Assembly (NCBI GenBank): GCA_964016885.1 | Contig: OZ024742.1 | Coordinates: 91,326,001-91,390,000, forward strand | Reading direction: 5' to 3' | DNA length: 64,000 bases | Origin: Eledone cirrhosa | Lineage: Eukaryota | Shown here: positions 1 through 12,868 of the stretch, one piece after another | How the letters are laid out: every line of letters starts with the position of its first letter | Numbering within the stretch: the first letter of the stretch is position 1 | Program-made: the position numbers and the translations under genes | The notes under the pieces: model-generated | Told to the model about the DNA's origin: nothing | Seen by the model: the letters and a program-made list of their open reading frames with translations, nothing else | Databases searched by the model: none

Positions 1-565
1 CGTAAGGATGAAAGGCAAAGTTAACCTCAGCCGGATTTGAACTCAGAATGGCAAGGGTCGTAACTCTATGCGTCAAAGCATGGCATCCGACCCTTTACCG
101 ATACTGCCAATCCACCACCCTCCATAAAATTCCATAAAATAATTATTTCTTATATAGGCACAAGGCCAGCAATTTTGGGAGAGGGGAAAGTCGATTAAAT
201 CGACCCAGTGCGTGACTGGTACTTTATTTTATCGACCCCGTAAGGATGAAAGGCATAGTTAACCTCGGCGGGATTTGAACTCAGATCATAAAAGTCCGTA
301 ACTCTTTGCGTCAAAGCATGGCGTCCGACCCTCTACCGATACTGCCAATCAATCCACCACCCACCATAAAATTCTATAAAATAATTGTTTCTACTTTTGG
401 CACAAGGCCAGCAAATACCCAGTGTATTCCTGGTACTTTATTTTATCGACCCCATAAGGATGAAAGGCAAAGTTAACCTCGGCGGGATTTGAACTCAGAA
501 TGGCAAGGGCCGTAACTCTATGCGTCAAAGCATGGCGTCCGACCCTCTACCGATACTGCCAATCC
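1..565 (-). mobile_element. Three tandem copies of tRNA-derived SINE family A (Nin/Deu-domain-like core)
   Basis: Copies at about 1-121, 140-364 and 380-565. Minus strand shows A-box TGGCAGTATCGG, B-box GAGTTCAAATCC and core CCTTTCATCCTTACGGGGTCGATAAAATAAAGTACCAG. Confidence 0.85.
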
Positions 566-1139
566 AAAGAGACTGTGTACATATTCTAGAAATGGCAACT
601 AGATTTCCTTCAAATGATACCTTAATACCTTGAGAAGAAAAAGACATTATATAATTTAACAATTGAATTACTGCCTTGCTTACCGTCATTTGAACAAATT
701 TCTTTGATTTTCTGACAAGTTGTCTCTATACCACATCCCGTATAAACAACAATCCTTTTAATACAGGATGAAAACCTTTCGGAATCAGGGATTGAAGGCT
801 GAATATAGTGTTACCACAATTTGCAGTGAAAACACTTGAATTTTGATTTCCGCTTGTGTGTTATGTTATGGATACACATGTGAGTGGAAAACTCAGCTGC
901 TTACGTTATAATTCAATGAATAGTCTGTTGACTAAGCTTCTGTAATACATATCGTCGAAACCGTTATCTAGTCTATAAAGTTCTGATGAAGCTAACAGCG
1001 ATATCCCTCTTTATCAAACTACTTCATCTCAATCCAACATGTTAAAAGCATTTACGTGTTATGACTCTACACATCTGTGTTTACACACTAAAACACGTAA
1101 AGAAACATGAAGCACATCTACACCCACGCACACATAAAA

Positions 1140-1226
<87 letters not shown>

Positions 1227-1658
1227 GAGAGAGGGGGGGGGCTATAAATATATATATATATACTTGTGTGTGTGTGTGTAGATATGTATGTACATACTTT
1301 TAAGTATGCATATATTTCTGTGTATAACTGCGTGTTTGTTTTTATATATATATATACGTATAGTTTATGTATTAGCATGGATTTGTGGATATGTCTGTTT
1401 AAGTCAAATATAATACAGCCCCAACGTGTTCCTGCTTCGTGTGAATCCAAAACGGTGAGCGTCAATATGTATATATGCATCTAATTATAAGTATATATAT
1501 GAATGTGTATGTAAAACTATGTATATATTTCTATATTTGTGTCTATGCATGCTTCTATATGTATGGTTGTATAAATATTTAAATGCATATATCTATTCAA
1601 TCATCAATTCTACGCTCTCTATCATTCTATACTCCGCCCTCACATATATGTACACCCA

Positions 1659-1739
<81 letters not shown>

Positions 1740-2500
1740 TATATTAAATATATATGTGTGCATGAATATTATATTAAATATTCATGTATATCTATGCACA
1801 CACACACACACATATATATATAAATATATACATATATACAAACGCATACATACACATATATATATACATATATAAATAAATAACTATATATATATATACA
1901 TATATATATATATAAATATGCATATCTATATATACATATCTATATATGTATGTGTGTGTATGTCTATACGTATGTATGCATGTGTGTTTGTACATACGTA
2001 TGTATGTATAAAAGTGTCATTGCTCATATTTTGTTTTTATATTTATTTGGTTTTTCTTAGACTTAACCGTTAAATAGAGAAAGATTAAACACACCTATGC
2101 ATACACATACGCACGCGTGTGCACACCCATATACAAACAAATATACACGAACACATACACAAGTATACACGTTTTCATACATACACTCATACATATAAAC
2201 ATACACACACTGATACACTCATATAAGGACATATGCCCAAATATATACATCAATGCCCAAATATATACATCGATAGACGTACACATACATACATACATAC
2301 ATACATACATACATACATACATACATACATACATACATACATACATACATACATACACCGCTATGGTTTTTGTACAGTTTATCTGTTGTAGATAGCCTCA
2401 GACTATTTGGTTTCGATTTCCGAGTTCTGTTTACATAACAACCCTTTCAAAGTGTTGTTTTTGTAAGCTTGTTCTTTATGAGAACATCCTAATCATTATC

Positions 2501-2542
<42 letters not shown>

Positions 2543-2804
2543 GCCTTGTTCCTATATAAGAAACCATTATATATATATATATATATATAATACTTAAAGA
2601 CAAAAGAAACAACTGAATGGACAAGATAAAACATATAGTTCATAGTTTGTTGTTTCTCGCTGTTACATCTAATTAGCAAACTAAAACAATACCTTAATTC
2701 TGTATATTTAAATTCATATAGGCAGACATTATATGTGTGTTCATAATTTATATCCAAGCTACTGTTTTAACGGTAGTAAGAGATATATCTATACTCTGAA
2801 CTAA

Positions 2805-2984
2805 ATAATTGTTTCTATATTTGGCACAAGGCCAACAAATACCCAGTGCATTACTGGTACTTTATTTTATCGACCCCGTAAGGATGAAAGGCAAAGTTAA
2901 CCTCGACGGGATTTGAACCCAGACCGCAAAGGGACATAACTATGCTGGAAAGCATGGCGTCCGACCCCCTACCGATACTGCCAA
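2805..2984 (-). mobile_element. SINE family A copy
   Basis: Same sequence as the copies at 1-565. Confidence 0.85.
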
Positions 2985-3804
2985 CTAAATAATATATTTG
3001 CCTTGCTCATTGAATCAATTATCAATTATTTATACATGGCATATTTCTTGTTATCCGTAGAAATTTAAATCCTACTGCTAGAACAAGGCGTGTATCAAAC
3101 CTGATACCTTACTGTCCACCTATTTCTATATAAATATGCGAAACCAAACTGCTATTTGAACTATGCAATAATTGCTGTCTTCTTCACATATACATGCATC
3201 TATATGTGACTATGTGCATCAGTATATATTTGCACATTTATTAACATATTTATATTTTTTGAATGCATGTATATTTTTTTAGCTATTTATGTATATACAT
3301 CTGCATTTCTGTGGGGTTTTTTGGGGGTGGGGGGCCACACACACTGTGTATGTCAGCATGAATCCATATCTTTATATGTGTATGCATATATTTGAACATC
3401 TATACATGCCTGAAAACAAGTCATTGTTTCTATCTTACTTATTATCTCATTTATTTTATCCCTCATACCTCTACTTAAAATTCTCCTTACCTCTACCCCA
3501 TCTTCCTATTTAATCATTAGGTTAAATTTAACTTATCCTGGCTGTCTTCAATTACAAGTGATAGTAGATATTTACTACCATAATATTCTCCATATTCAAA
3601 CGTCCAACCCTCTTTCTAAATGGTATTCGTCATAATCGTTTGGAAAATCATGTTTATAAATATCCAGGAAAATTCCTTTAAAAAAAATATATATATATAT
3701 GGCCTCAGTCGGATGGCTGGAACAGGTAAAAGAGTAAAAGAGAAGATATATAATGGCGGTGCCACAGCATGGCCACATTCTGTCGGTTGGAACACGTAAT
3801 AGAG

Positions 3805-3851
<47 letters not shown>

Positions 3852-3953
3852 ATATAATTTAAGTGTCGAAAAACTTGCTTGTGTGGGGTTTCTTCTCTAA
3901 AGACCTTCTCCTGAGAGTTTCTTACTGCCCTATATATATATATATATATATAT

Positions 3954-4154
3954 ATAGGAACCAGTAAGACCCCGACAGCTGAGCTCAAGCCGTTTCGACG
4001 GCTAATTCTGGACTCTGAGTCCAGAATTAGCCGTCGAAACGGCTTGAGCTCAGCTGTCGGGGTCTTACTGGTTCCTATTACCCACTCTACTACCTCAAGT
4101 ATTGAGTACTTTGGTGCGTTATGGTCCACCTGGTTCCTTACCACATTTCCTTCG

Positions 4155-4155
<1 letters not shown>
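3954..4155 (+). mobile_element. Fold-back mini-element (62-bp perfect palindrome arms plus tail) with 3' half of a hammerhead motif, PLE pseudo-LTR-like
   Basis: Arms 3954-4015 and 4017-4078 with a 1-nt loop. GAAA-helix III-GTC at 4036-4058. Flanked by (TA)n. Homologous to 17351-17565. Confidence 0.7.
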
Positions 4156-4192
<37 letters not shown>

Positions 4193-4314
4193 GAGAGACG
4201 GAGCCAGTAACAGCATCGAGTACTCCGACCAGCGTCGCCGCTAGTAACTACGAGTTACTCACATAATTAATAACTTACGGATTGGACACTACCGTAAACT
4301 CTTGGTAGATTTAT

Positions 4315-4343
<29 letters not shown>

Positions 4344-4361
<18 letters not shown>

Positions 4362-4676
4362 TTTTTTTCGAAACAGCGAGTGGGTTTGAAATTATTAGAA
4401 ATGTAAGCTATCGCCGTATTTTGACTAAAGAAATTAAAGAAATTATTTAGCCTGATAGTGGGGTTAAGAACCCTCGGAGAAATGGAAAAAGATGAGTATT
4501 GACGTACATGGGAGTCGAACCCACATTTTTGGTTATCCGGACCACTGTGCTACGATTTACACTAACACATCATTTACACCAACATTTCTCCGAGGGTTCT
4601 TAACCCCACTATCAGGCTAAATAATTTATTTAATTTCTTTAGTCAAAATACGGCGATAGCTTACATTTCTAATAAT
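4344..4676 (-). mobile_element. Fold-back element with tRNA-like head and poly(A) tail
   Basis: 94-bp inverted arms 4391-4484 and 4583-4676 (1 mismatch), tRNA-like sequence in the loop, T25 on plus at 4344-4368, flanked by (TA)n. Confidence 0.7.
4500..4571 (-). tRNA. tRNA-like cloverleaf (nominal anticodon GGA; probably SINE head or pseudo-tRNA)
   Basis: GATGTGT-TA-GTGT-AAATCGTA-GCAC-A-GTGGT-CCGGATA-ACCAA-AAAT-GTGGG-TTCGACT-CCCAT-GTACGTC-A, with TTTTT about 10 nt downstream. Lacks U33, the D-loop GG and the long Ser variable arm. Confidence 0.5.
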
Positions 4677-5055
4677 AATATATATATATATGTTTTGCAA
4701 TCTTTTTTTATATGAAATCGAGGGTCATATTGTTATAATATTGCCAGAAATAATAATAAAACACACTCAGTTTGGTTTGGATTGGTTTTCGCTTCTGTAT
4801 ATTTTATGTCCCTATAGTTAATTTAGCTAGCAATCAATTGTTTATCATTGTTTGACCAACAGTTAAAAATATATATATAAATATATATATATAGTCTATC
4901 AAAGTTTTTTCATCACACACCTGTGACATCATCAGTGGTACTATTGTTTCCTCCCTTTGTATTGTAATGTAAAATCCTGACTGTGGCGCCAAGAGGTTTC
5001 GGCTTATGTGTTCAGCAAACCTTTGTAGTACACATTTGAAAACGCTTTCCGAATA

Positions 5056-5140
<85 letters not shown>

Positions 5141-5172
5141 CTCTCTCTCTCTCTTTGTATACACACACACGC

Positions 5173-5212
<40 letters not shown>

Positions 5213-5272
5213 TAAAGAGTTAAACAAGATTCAATGAGTACATCAAAGAATGAGTATGTCATGTATCATTAT

Positions 5273-5325
5273 ATTTTGTCTGATGAGGACGTACTGTTGT
5301 ACCTCTGAAATATGTATAATAAAAT
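5273..5325 (+). ncRNA. Type I hammerhead ribozyme motif
   Basis: attttgt-CTGATGA-ggacgtac(tgtt)gtacctct-GAAA-tatgta-TA-ataaaat. Confidence 0.6.
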
Positions 5326-5365
5326 TTAATTGATCAAAAGAACATCTATTTTATTAATATTTGTA

Positions 5366-5403
<38 letters not shown>

Positions 5404-5404
5404 T

Positions 5405-5995
5405 AAAGTTAGTCCTTCATCAGTGATCTTCCAGCCATCATTGGTATTTCATCGCTTTAAAGACCATATACCTCCGGTTGGTGCGAGCAACGGCTAAAAA
5501 GAGTCGTTGGGACACGTAAATAAAGGGGACATGAGAGTGTAAACAAACAAAGATGGTGAAGCAACGAAAAGTGAGGAAGAAGGAGTCAAGTCCCAAATTT
5601 CCATGAATATAAGTTCGGTGAAATTGTGAACGAGAGAGAATAAAGACCATCAAACCTGGTTGGAATGTGAGCAAGGAAGGAATTCCGTAAAGGTCTAGGA
5701 ATTCTGTACTAGTCTGTGAATTCGGTGAACGTAAGTTCTGTGAAATCGTAGACGAGAGAGAGAAAAAAAAGCGACCTGCCTGACCAAGGGTGCGAAAGAA
5801 AAGAATTACGCACAGGTCAAACGGGAAGGAGGAGGAGGAGAGGTAGTAACAGAGAGTGAGTGAGTGAAGGGTGAGGAAGAGGCTAACAGAGAGAGTGACT
5901 GTTAGAGAGGGTAAAGATACAGAGAAAGAGGAAACAGTAAGAACGAAATAGACGGGTCACAGCGGGGGAAAAAAATATATGTAAATATGAGAATA
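5405..5995. repeat. Diverged copy of the 0.7-kb purine-rich element at 19467-20266
   Basis: Co-linear similarity (gtccttcatcagtga..., aagaccatcaaacctggtt..., gaaaagaattac...). Confidence 0.75.
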
Positions 5996-6386
5996 AACGT
6001 GCTGACACCATGCATTAACTAGGTTAAGTTGGGGACATGCAACTTGGCACCTGAACATGCAAGTCCATGATGACTGCGGTTTGATTCGCTGGGTCAATGG
6101 TCCTGTTATGATGCTGGAGGTATGGTTCACGAGAGACCTCTAGGTAAATACGAATTACAGTTGAAGTTATGTGCATTGTAGCAAGTCTCATCAAGAAATA
6201 GGATTAGTGGAAGCTGTTTTGGGGTCTGTGAGATTCCTAGATTGGCCCTATAATATTACTTCATTTTTTTTACCCCCTCAGATTTGTATGTAAACCCCCA
6301 CCGTTTATGCAATCAACATTTCTTTGTAATGTCCCCTTGATCCAACACTCCTGTGACAAATAAAACAAACAACTATTATTATAAAC

Positions 6387-6810
6387 AATAATTGTTTCTA
6401 CTTTTGGCACAACGCCAGGAATTATATCCTTGCATTACTGCTACTTTATTGTATCGACTCCGTAAGGATGAAAGGCAAGGTTAACCTCGGTGGGATTTGA
6501 ACTCAGACCATAAAGGAGCGTAACTCTATGCTGTAAAGCATGGTGTCCGATCCTCTACTGATACTGCCATTCACCATCTTCAATAATAATAATTATTATT
6601 ATTGTTATTATTATTGTAGGGCGGTGGATTGGCAGTATCGGTAGAGGGTCGGATGCCATGCTTGACGCTTTGAGTTACGGCCTTTGCCATTCTGAGTTCA
6701 AATCCCGCCGAGGTTAACTTTGCCTTTCATCCTTACGGGGTCGATAAAATAAAGTACCAGTAATACACTTGGTTATTGCTGGCCTTGTGCCAAAAGTAGA
6801 AACAATTATT
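6387..6810. mobile_element. Two SINE family A copies, head-to-head and inverted
   Basis: About 6387-6576 (minus) and 6619-6810 (plus), separated by an (AAT)n/(ATT)n spacer. Confidence 0.85.
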
Positions 6811-7483
6811 GTTATGGTAGTTCAGCCCCCTCGACAATAAATCTATAATCGTAATTCCTTTTGTTAGATAAACAGATAACTACAGACAGTACAAGCACAA
6901 ACAAGACGGAAATCTAGACTAAGTTGACTATCTTATCTAAAGCAAAGATCCTATGTCTACCAGACTGTAAAAAAATGTCTTCTATCTGGGAAGTGGAGTA
7001 TTCTAAAAGAGCGAATGTATCTGTGAACGTTGCAAATGGTATTTGTATATTTATACCAACACTCTGCTGAGTCTGCATGCATATGTGAGTTACTACAATT
7101 TTTCATAAATCTGTATGTGTATGTGTGCGAGTGTGTGTGCGTGTATGCGCGTGTGCTTCTGTGTGTGCGTGTCTGTGTGTGTGCGTGCGTGCATGTGTGA
7201 GAGAAAGTGTGTGTGTGTGAGAGAGTGAGAGTATGTGTGTGAGTGTGTGTGCGTGCGCGCGTGTGTGTGTGCGTGCGTGCGTGAGTGTGTGAGTGTGTGT
7301 ACGCGCGCGCCTTCACTGTTTGTGTGATTTAAAAAAATGGATATTGGTTTATTGTCCCGAGATAGTCTACTGTATTGTAAAAGCTCTGCAATAAAATATG
7401 CATGTGGCGGCGTTATATGTGCATTTGTGCGTGTCAGTTTTTGTGTATGTTCGTGACGGTACATATGCACTTTTACGTATATA

Positions 7484-7652
7484 CAAGATTCGACTGAAAG
7501 TTCATAGGCTGACCAAGTTACTCTCATGAATTTACCAAATGAGGTTTATTTTTCAACATAGTCCTTGAAAAGAGAAACAATCCAGATATTAATGAGAAGA
7601 TTTGAAATTATCTCCTTCATAGTCAGCCTATGAACTTTTCAGCTGACCCTTG
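7484..7652. mobile_element. Mariner-like MITE
   Basis: TA flanks. Imperfect TIR ctgaaagttcataggctgac/gtcagcctatgaacttttcag. Same family as 41088-41277. Confidence 0.65.
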
Positions 7653-8299
7653 TATAAAATGCCGCATCATACAACTGGCTACCAGAATAGATATTCTACT
7701 GCAGTACAATATATTAGTTTTTAATATTTCATTTTATATTGAATAAATTTATGTATAATGAAAATAATCTATATTATCTATTAAATTATGTATAAATAAT
7801 TATATGTGAATAATGATAGATAACTGGGAAATATTTATTTTCTAGTTTTCTTACCGTCAACATGCTGCCCATAAGACGTATGAGGTATTGCTAAGCTCAT
7901 GTATTGAAGATGATAAAGTATGCTGTTGAAGGTGGTAAAAGAAACTGCGACGCTTCGTTGTGAATGAATATAACATTAGATCGTGAGGCCAAGCTGATAA
8001 TAAAGTTGAAGTTTTACCGAAGTTCACAATAAGCAAATAATGAGGAAACAGCATGTTTCCCATTTGTAGAAAAGGATATATTGAAATTAGTAAACGGCAG
8101 AAGGATATGTCGACTGGGGGCTGGATACCCTGATGAAAAAGAAGTTTTATACAGTAAATGGGGATTTAGATGAAAAACAATGGATGTATATTTTACTAAA
8201 ACTAGAAGCCCGTGAAATAAAACAATTAATATATATATGTATATATATATCAAGTAAGTATGTTTTGAAACAGTGAGCAGGTTTGAAATTAGAAAATAG

Positions 8300-8492
8300 A
8301 ATAGCTTTCACCGCCGACAAGACGGCAAAAGTATTCCTCCGGATGATGGCCAGGGACACCCGCTGCAACAGCCACCCTACCCCGCGGCGCTCCCTCCTCA
8401 GACGGGCCGCCGACGCTCCGATCTTGCGGAGGAGCTCGGCAGTACGGGGTCCAAGTACGCCCGAGGTCTCGACGGCGACCAGTGCGTAGTCA
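8300..8492 (-). mobile_element. 3' fragment of a restriction-like-endonuclease non-LTR retrotransposon (CRE-like)
   Basis: GC-rich island encoding VAVETSGVLG..AELLRKIG...WLLQRVSLAIIRRN, resembling the C-terminal ET.G..G / QR.S.AI.R.N motif of CRE-type elements. Confidence 0.6.
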
Positions 8493-8730
8493 ATATTATC
8501 ATTAGAATTTGAGGAGTTGTTGATATACTCGATAGAGGTGGAGGAGGGAGTTACTATTATCAGTGCTAATAGAAGTGGGAGCATTACTGTTAGTATGTTC
8601 AAAAGAAGTTTAGGAGTTGTCAATAGAAGTGAAGGACATAGGATCACTGTGATCAATGGAATAGAGTAATTATTGTAGGCAATATTGTCAATAGAAGTTG
8701 AGGAATTATTTTGATCAGTAATGTCAGAAG

Positions 8731-11040
8731 TGAAGTTGTTATTGTCAGTATGTTCAAAAGTGAAGTTGTTATTGTCAATATGTTCAAAAATGAAGTTGTT
8801 ATTGTCAATATGTTCAAAAATGAAGTTGTTATTGTCAATATCTTCAAAAATGAAGTTGTTATTGTCAATATGTTCAAAAATGAAGTTGTTATTGTCAATA
8901 TGTTCAAAAATGAAGTTGTTATTGTCAATATGTTCAAAAATGAAGTTGTTATTGTCAATATGTTCAAAAATGAATTTGTTATTGTCAATATGTTCAAAAG
9001 TGAAGTTGTTATTGTCAATATGTTCAAAAATGAAGTTGTTATTGTCAATAAGCTCAAAAATGAAGTTGTTATTGTCAATATGCTCAAAAATGAAGTTGTT
9101 ATTGGCAATAAGCTCAAAAATGAAGTTGTTATTGTCAATATGCTCAAAAATGAAGTTGTTATTGTCAATATGTTCAAAAATGAAGTTGTTATTGTCAATA
9201 TGTTCAAAAATGAAGCTGTTATTGTCAATATGTACAAAAATGAATTTGTTATTGTCAATATGTTCAAAAGTGAAGTTGTTATTGTCAATATGTTCAAACG
9301 TGAAGCTGTTATTGTCAATATGTTCAAAAGTGAAGTTGTTATTGTCAATATGTTCAAAAGTGAAGTTGTTATTGTCAATATGTTCAAATATGAAGTTGTT
9401 ATTGTCAATATGTTCAAACGTGAAGTTGTTATTGTCAATATGTTCAAACGTGAAGTTGTTATTGTCAATATGTTCAAAAGTGAACTTGTTATTGTCAATA
9501 TGTTCAAAAGTGAAGTTGTTATTGTCAATATGTTCAAACGTGAAGTTGTTATTGTCAATATGTTCAAACGTGAAGTTGTTATTGTCAATATGTTCAAAAA
9601 TGAAGTTGTTATTGTCAATATGTTCAAACGTGAAGTTGTTATTGTCAATATGTTCAAACGTGAAGTTGTTATTGTCAATATGTTCAAAAATGAAGTTGTT
9701 ATTGTCAATATGTTCAAACGTGAAGTTGTTATTGTCAATATGTTCAAACGTGAAGTTGTTATTGTCAATATGCTCAAAAATGAAGTTGTTATTGGCAATA
9801 AGCTCAAAAATGAAGTTGTTATTGTCAATATGCTCAAAAATGAAGTTGTTATTGTCAATATGTTCAAAAATGAAGTTGTTATTGTCAATATGTTCAAAAA
9901 TGAAGTTGTTATTGTCAATATGTACAAAAATGAAGTTGTTATTGTCAATATGTTCAAAAGTGAAGTTGTTATTGTCAATATGTTCAAACGTGAAGCTGTT
10001 ATTGTCAATATGTTCAAAAGTGAAGTTGTTATTGTCAATATGTTCAAAAGTGAAGTTGTTATTGTCAATATGTTCAAAAATGAAGTTGTTATTGTCAATA
10101 TGTTCAAACGTGAAGTTGTTATTGTCAATATGTTCAAACGTGAAGTTGTTATTGTCAATATGTTCAAACGTGAAGTTGTTATTGTCAATATGTTCAAACG
10201 TGAAGTTGTTATTGTCAATATGTTCAAAAATGAAGTTGTTATTGTCAATATGTTCAAACGTGAAGTTGTTATTGTCAATATGTTCAAACGTGAAGTTGTT
10301 ATTGTCAATATGTTCAAAAATGAAGTTGTTATTGTCAATATGTTCAAACGTGAAGTTGTTATTGTCAATATGTTCAAACGTGAAGTTGTTATTGTCAATA
10401 TGTTCAAAAGTGAAGTTGTTATTGTCAATATGTTCAAAAGTGAAGTTGTTATTGTCAATATGTTCAAAGGTGAAGTTGTTATTGTCAATATGTTCAAAGG
10501 TGAAGTTGTTATTGTCAATATGTTCAAAAGTGAAGTTGTTATTGTTAATATGTTCAAAAGTGAAGTTGTTATTGTCAATATGTTCAAACGTGAAGTTGTT
10601 ATTGTCAATATGTTCAAACGTGAAGTTGTTATTGTCAATATGTTCAAAAGTGAAGTTGTTATTGTCAATATGTTCAAACGTGAAGTTGTTATTGTCAATA
10701 TGTTCAAACGTGAAGTTGTTATTGTCAATATGTTCAAACGTGAAGTTGTTATTGTCAATATGTTCAAACGTGAAGTTGTTATTGTCAATATGTTCAAACG
10801 TGAAGTTGTTATTGTCAATATCTTCAAAAGTGAAGTTGTTATTGTCAATATGTTCAAACGTGAAGTTGTTATTGTCAATATGTTCAAACGTGAAGTTGTT
10901 ATTGTCAATATGTTCAAACGTGAAGTTGTTATTGTCAATATGTTCAAAAGTGAAGTTGTTATTGTCAATATGTTCAAACGTGAAGTTGTTATTGTCAATA
11001 TGTTCAAAGGTGAAGTTGTTATTGTCAATATGTTCAAAAT
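8731..11040. repeat. 30-bp minisatellite, about 77 copies (TGAAGTTGTTATTGTCAATATGTTCAAANN)
   Basis: Directly visible 30-bp period. Degenerate ATTGTCAATA-containing flanks run from about 8490 to 11800. Confidence 0.97.
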
Positions 11041-11227
11041 AATTTGTGGAATTATTGTGGCCAATGTTTTAATAGAAATAGAGTTATTCTTGATGATGAT
11101 GAATAGAAGTGTAGGAGTTAATGTTGTCAATATTGGTCATATAGATGAAATTATCGTTTATTTTTGTGAAATTGTCAAGAAAGATGCGATTATCAATTTC
11201 CATATTCCATATTGTGTAGGGCATTAT

Positions 11228-11437
11228 ATTGGCAATATCGGCAGCGAGTCGGACAACATGCTTGGCTACATAGAGTTACGGTCCTTTACGTTCTCAGTTC
11301 AAATCCCACCGAGGTTAGCTTTGCCTTTCATCCTTACGGGGTTGATAAAATAAGTACCAGTCATACACTGGGGTCGATTTAATCAACTGTCTCCTCCCCC
11401 AAAATTGCGGCCTTGTGCCTAAATCAGAAACCATTAT
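11228..11437 (+). mobile_element. SINE family A copy (older)
   Basis: B-box and core motif. Confidence 0.75.
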
Positions 11438-12255
11438 TTTCCATATTGTCATCATTTTCAATTGTGGCACAGCTATTGTCAATATATATGAAGTTACTGC
11501 TGAGAATTCTGTCAATAGTGTTCAATAGATTGGAGTCTATATTTTCAAGTAGAATTATTGGCAGTGAACATCATCTGTAGAGTTGGAGTTGTTATTGTCA
11601 ATATTGATAATAGGTATTAATTTAGTCAAGATTGTCAGAGTGTATCTTGTTAATGCTTTCAATAGACGTGGATTTATTATTATTGTCATGAGAGGTGAAA
11701 ATTTCTTTGACACCATTGTCAATAGACGTGTAATTATTGTTAAATATATTAGATTTCTTATTGTCCAAACGTGGATTTACCAATGTAGATATTACTGACC
11801 AACTGCAGATTTTCTTTTCTTACAATATGTAGACCATTTTCGAATCTATTTTTTCTTAAATGTGAATCGTTGCCCCGAAGAGGAATTTTCCGGGTGAAAA
11901 ACCCATGGGCATTCGTCACCGAAGAGGATCATTATACATATATGTGTGTGCATGTGTGTGTGTGTGTCTGTCTGTCTGTATGTGTGTGTGTGTGTGTGTG
12001 TTTACTAGCTCTAATGTCGGAGTGTAGAATATAAAGATTATATTTTTTCGGAAAATGACTTAAATTAAAGCAAGTTTTTTTATAATGTTCTTCACATACC
12101 GATTAAGATGCATATACTTACGGTCTTGGTAATACACTTACACACAAACATTCATACAGAGATAGAGAGGCAGATAGATGGGTGGATAGAGATAGGTAGA
12201 CGGGGATGGACAGATAGATAGACATACGTATATGTGCTCAGACTTACATGCTTTT

Positions 12256-12444
12256 ATAATAATTGTTTCTACGGTTGGCACAAGGCCAGCAATTACCCAG
12301 TGCATTACTGGTACTTTATTTTATCGACCCTGTAAGGATGAAAAGCAAAGTTAACCTCGGCGGGATTTGAACTCAGAATAGCAAGGGCCGTAACTCTATA
12401 CGTCAAAGCATGGCGTCCGACCCTCTACCGATACTGCCAATCCA
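12256..12444 (-). mobile_element. SINE family A copy
   Basis: Near-identical to 380-565, including the flanking CCAAAAGAC-like sequence. Confidence 0.85.
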
Positions 12445-12591
12445 AAAGACCTACACAATCACATATAAATACAGAAACACACTCACGATGTGTGAAGCTT
12501 TGAACTGTTTAATTCTCACAGTAAAAGTAAATCTTTTCAAACGTAAACTGGTATCTCTTTCGCAGAGTTGTATGCAATGCACTTTAATTAC

Positions 12592-12695
<104 letters not shown>

Positions 12696-12799
12696 ATATA
12701 ATTGCAAATATACAAATACTGTATATAGATGAATACATGTTTAAATATAGATATGCCTAAACACACACATATACAATTACGCACAAACATACGAAAACA

Positions 12800-12865
<66 letters not shown>

Positions 12866-12868
<3 letters not shown>

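Noticed and set aside
978-1015. Hammerhead motif CTGATGA-agctaacagc-GATA
   Set aside because: Core GAAA is mutated and stems I and III are unconvincing; at most a relic
4500-4571. Functional tRNA-Ser(GGA)
   Set aside because: No U33, no D-loop GG, no long variable arm, several G-U pairs, and GGA is atypical for eukaryotic cytosolic tRNA-Ser; kept only as tRNA-like
8731-11040. CRISPR-like array of 30-bp repeats
   Set aside because: No spacers, the repeats are contiguous, and the DNA is eukaryotic
8653-11353. 773-880 aa ORFs
   Set aside because: Translations of a 30-bp tandem repeat open in several frames on both strands, with no unique domain or splice context
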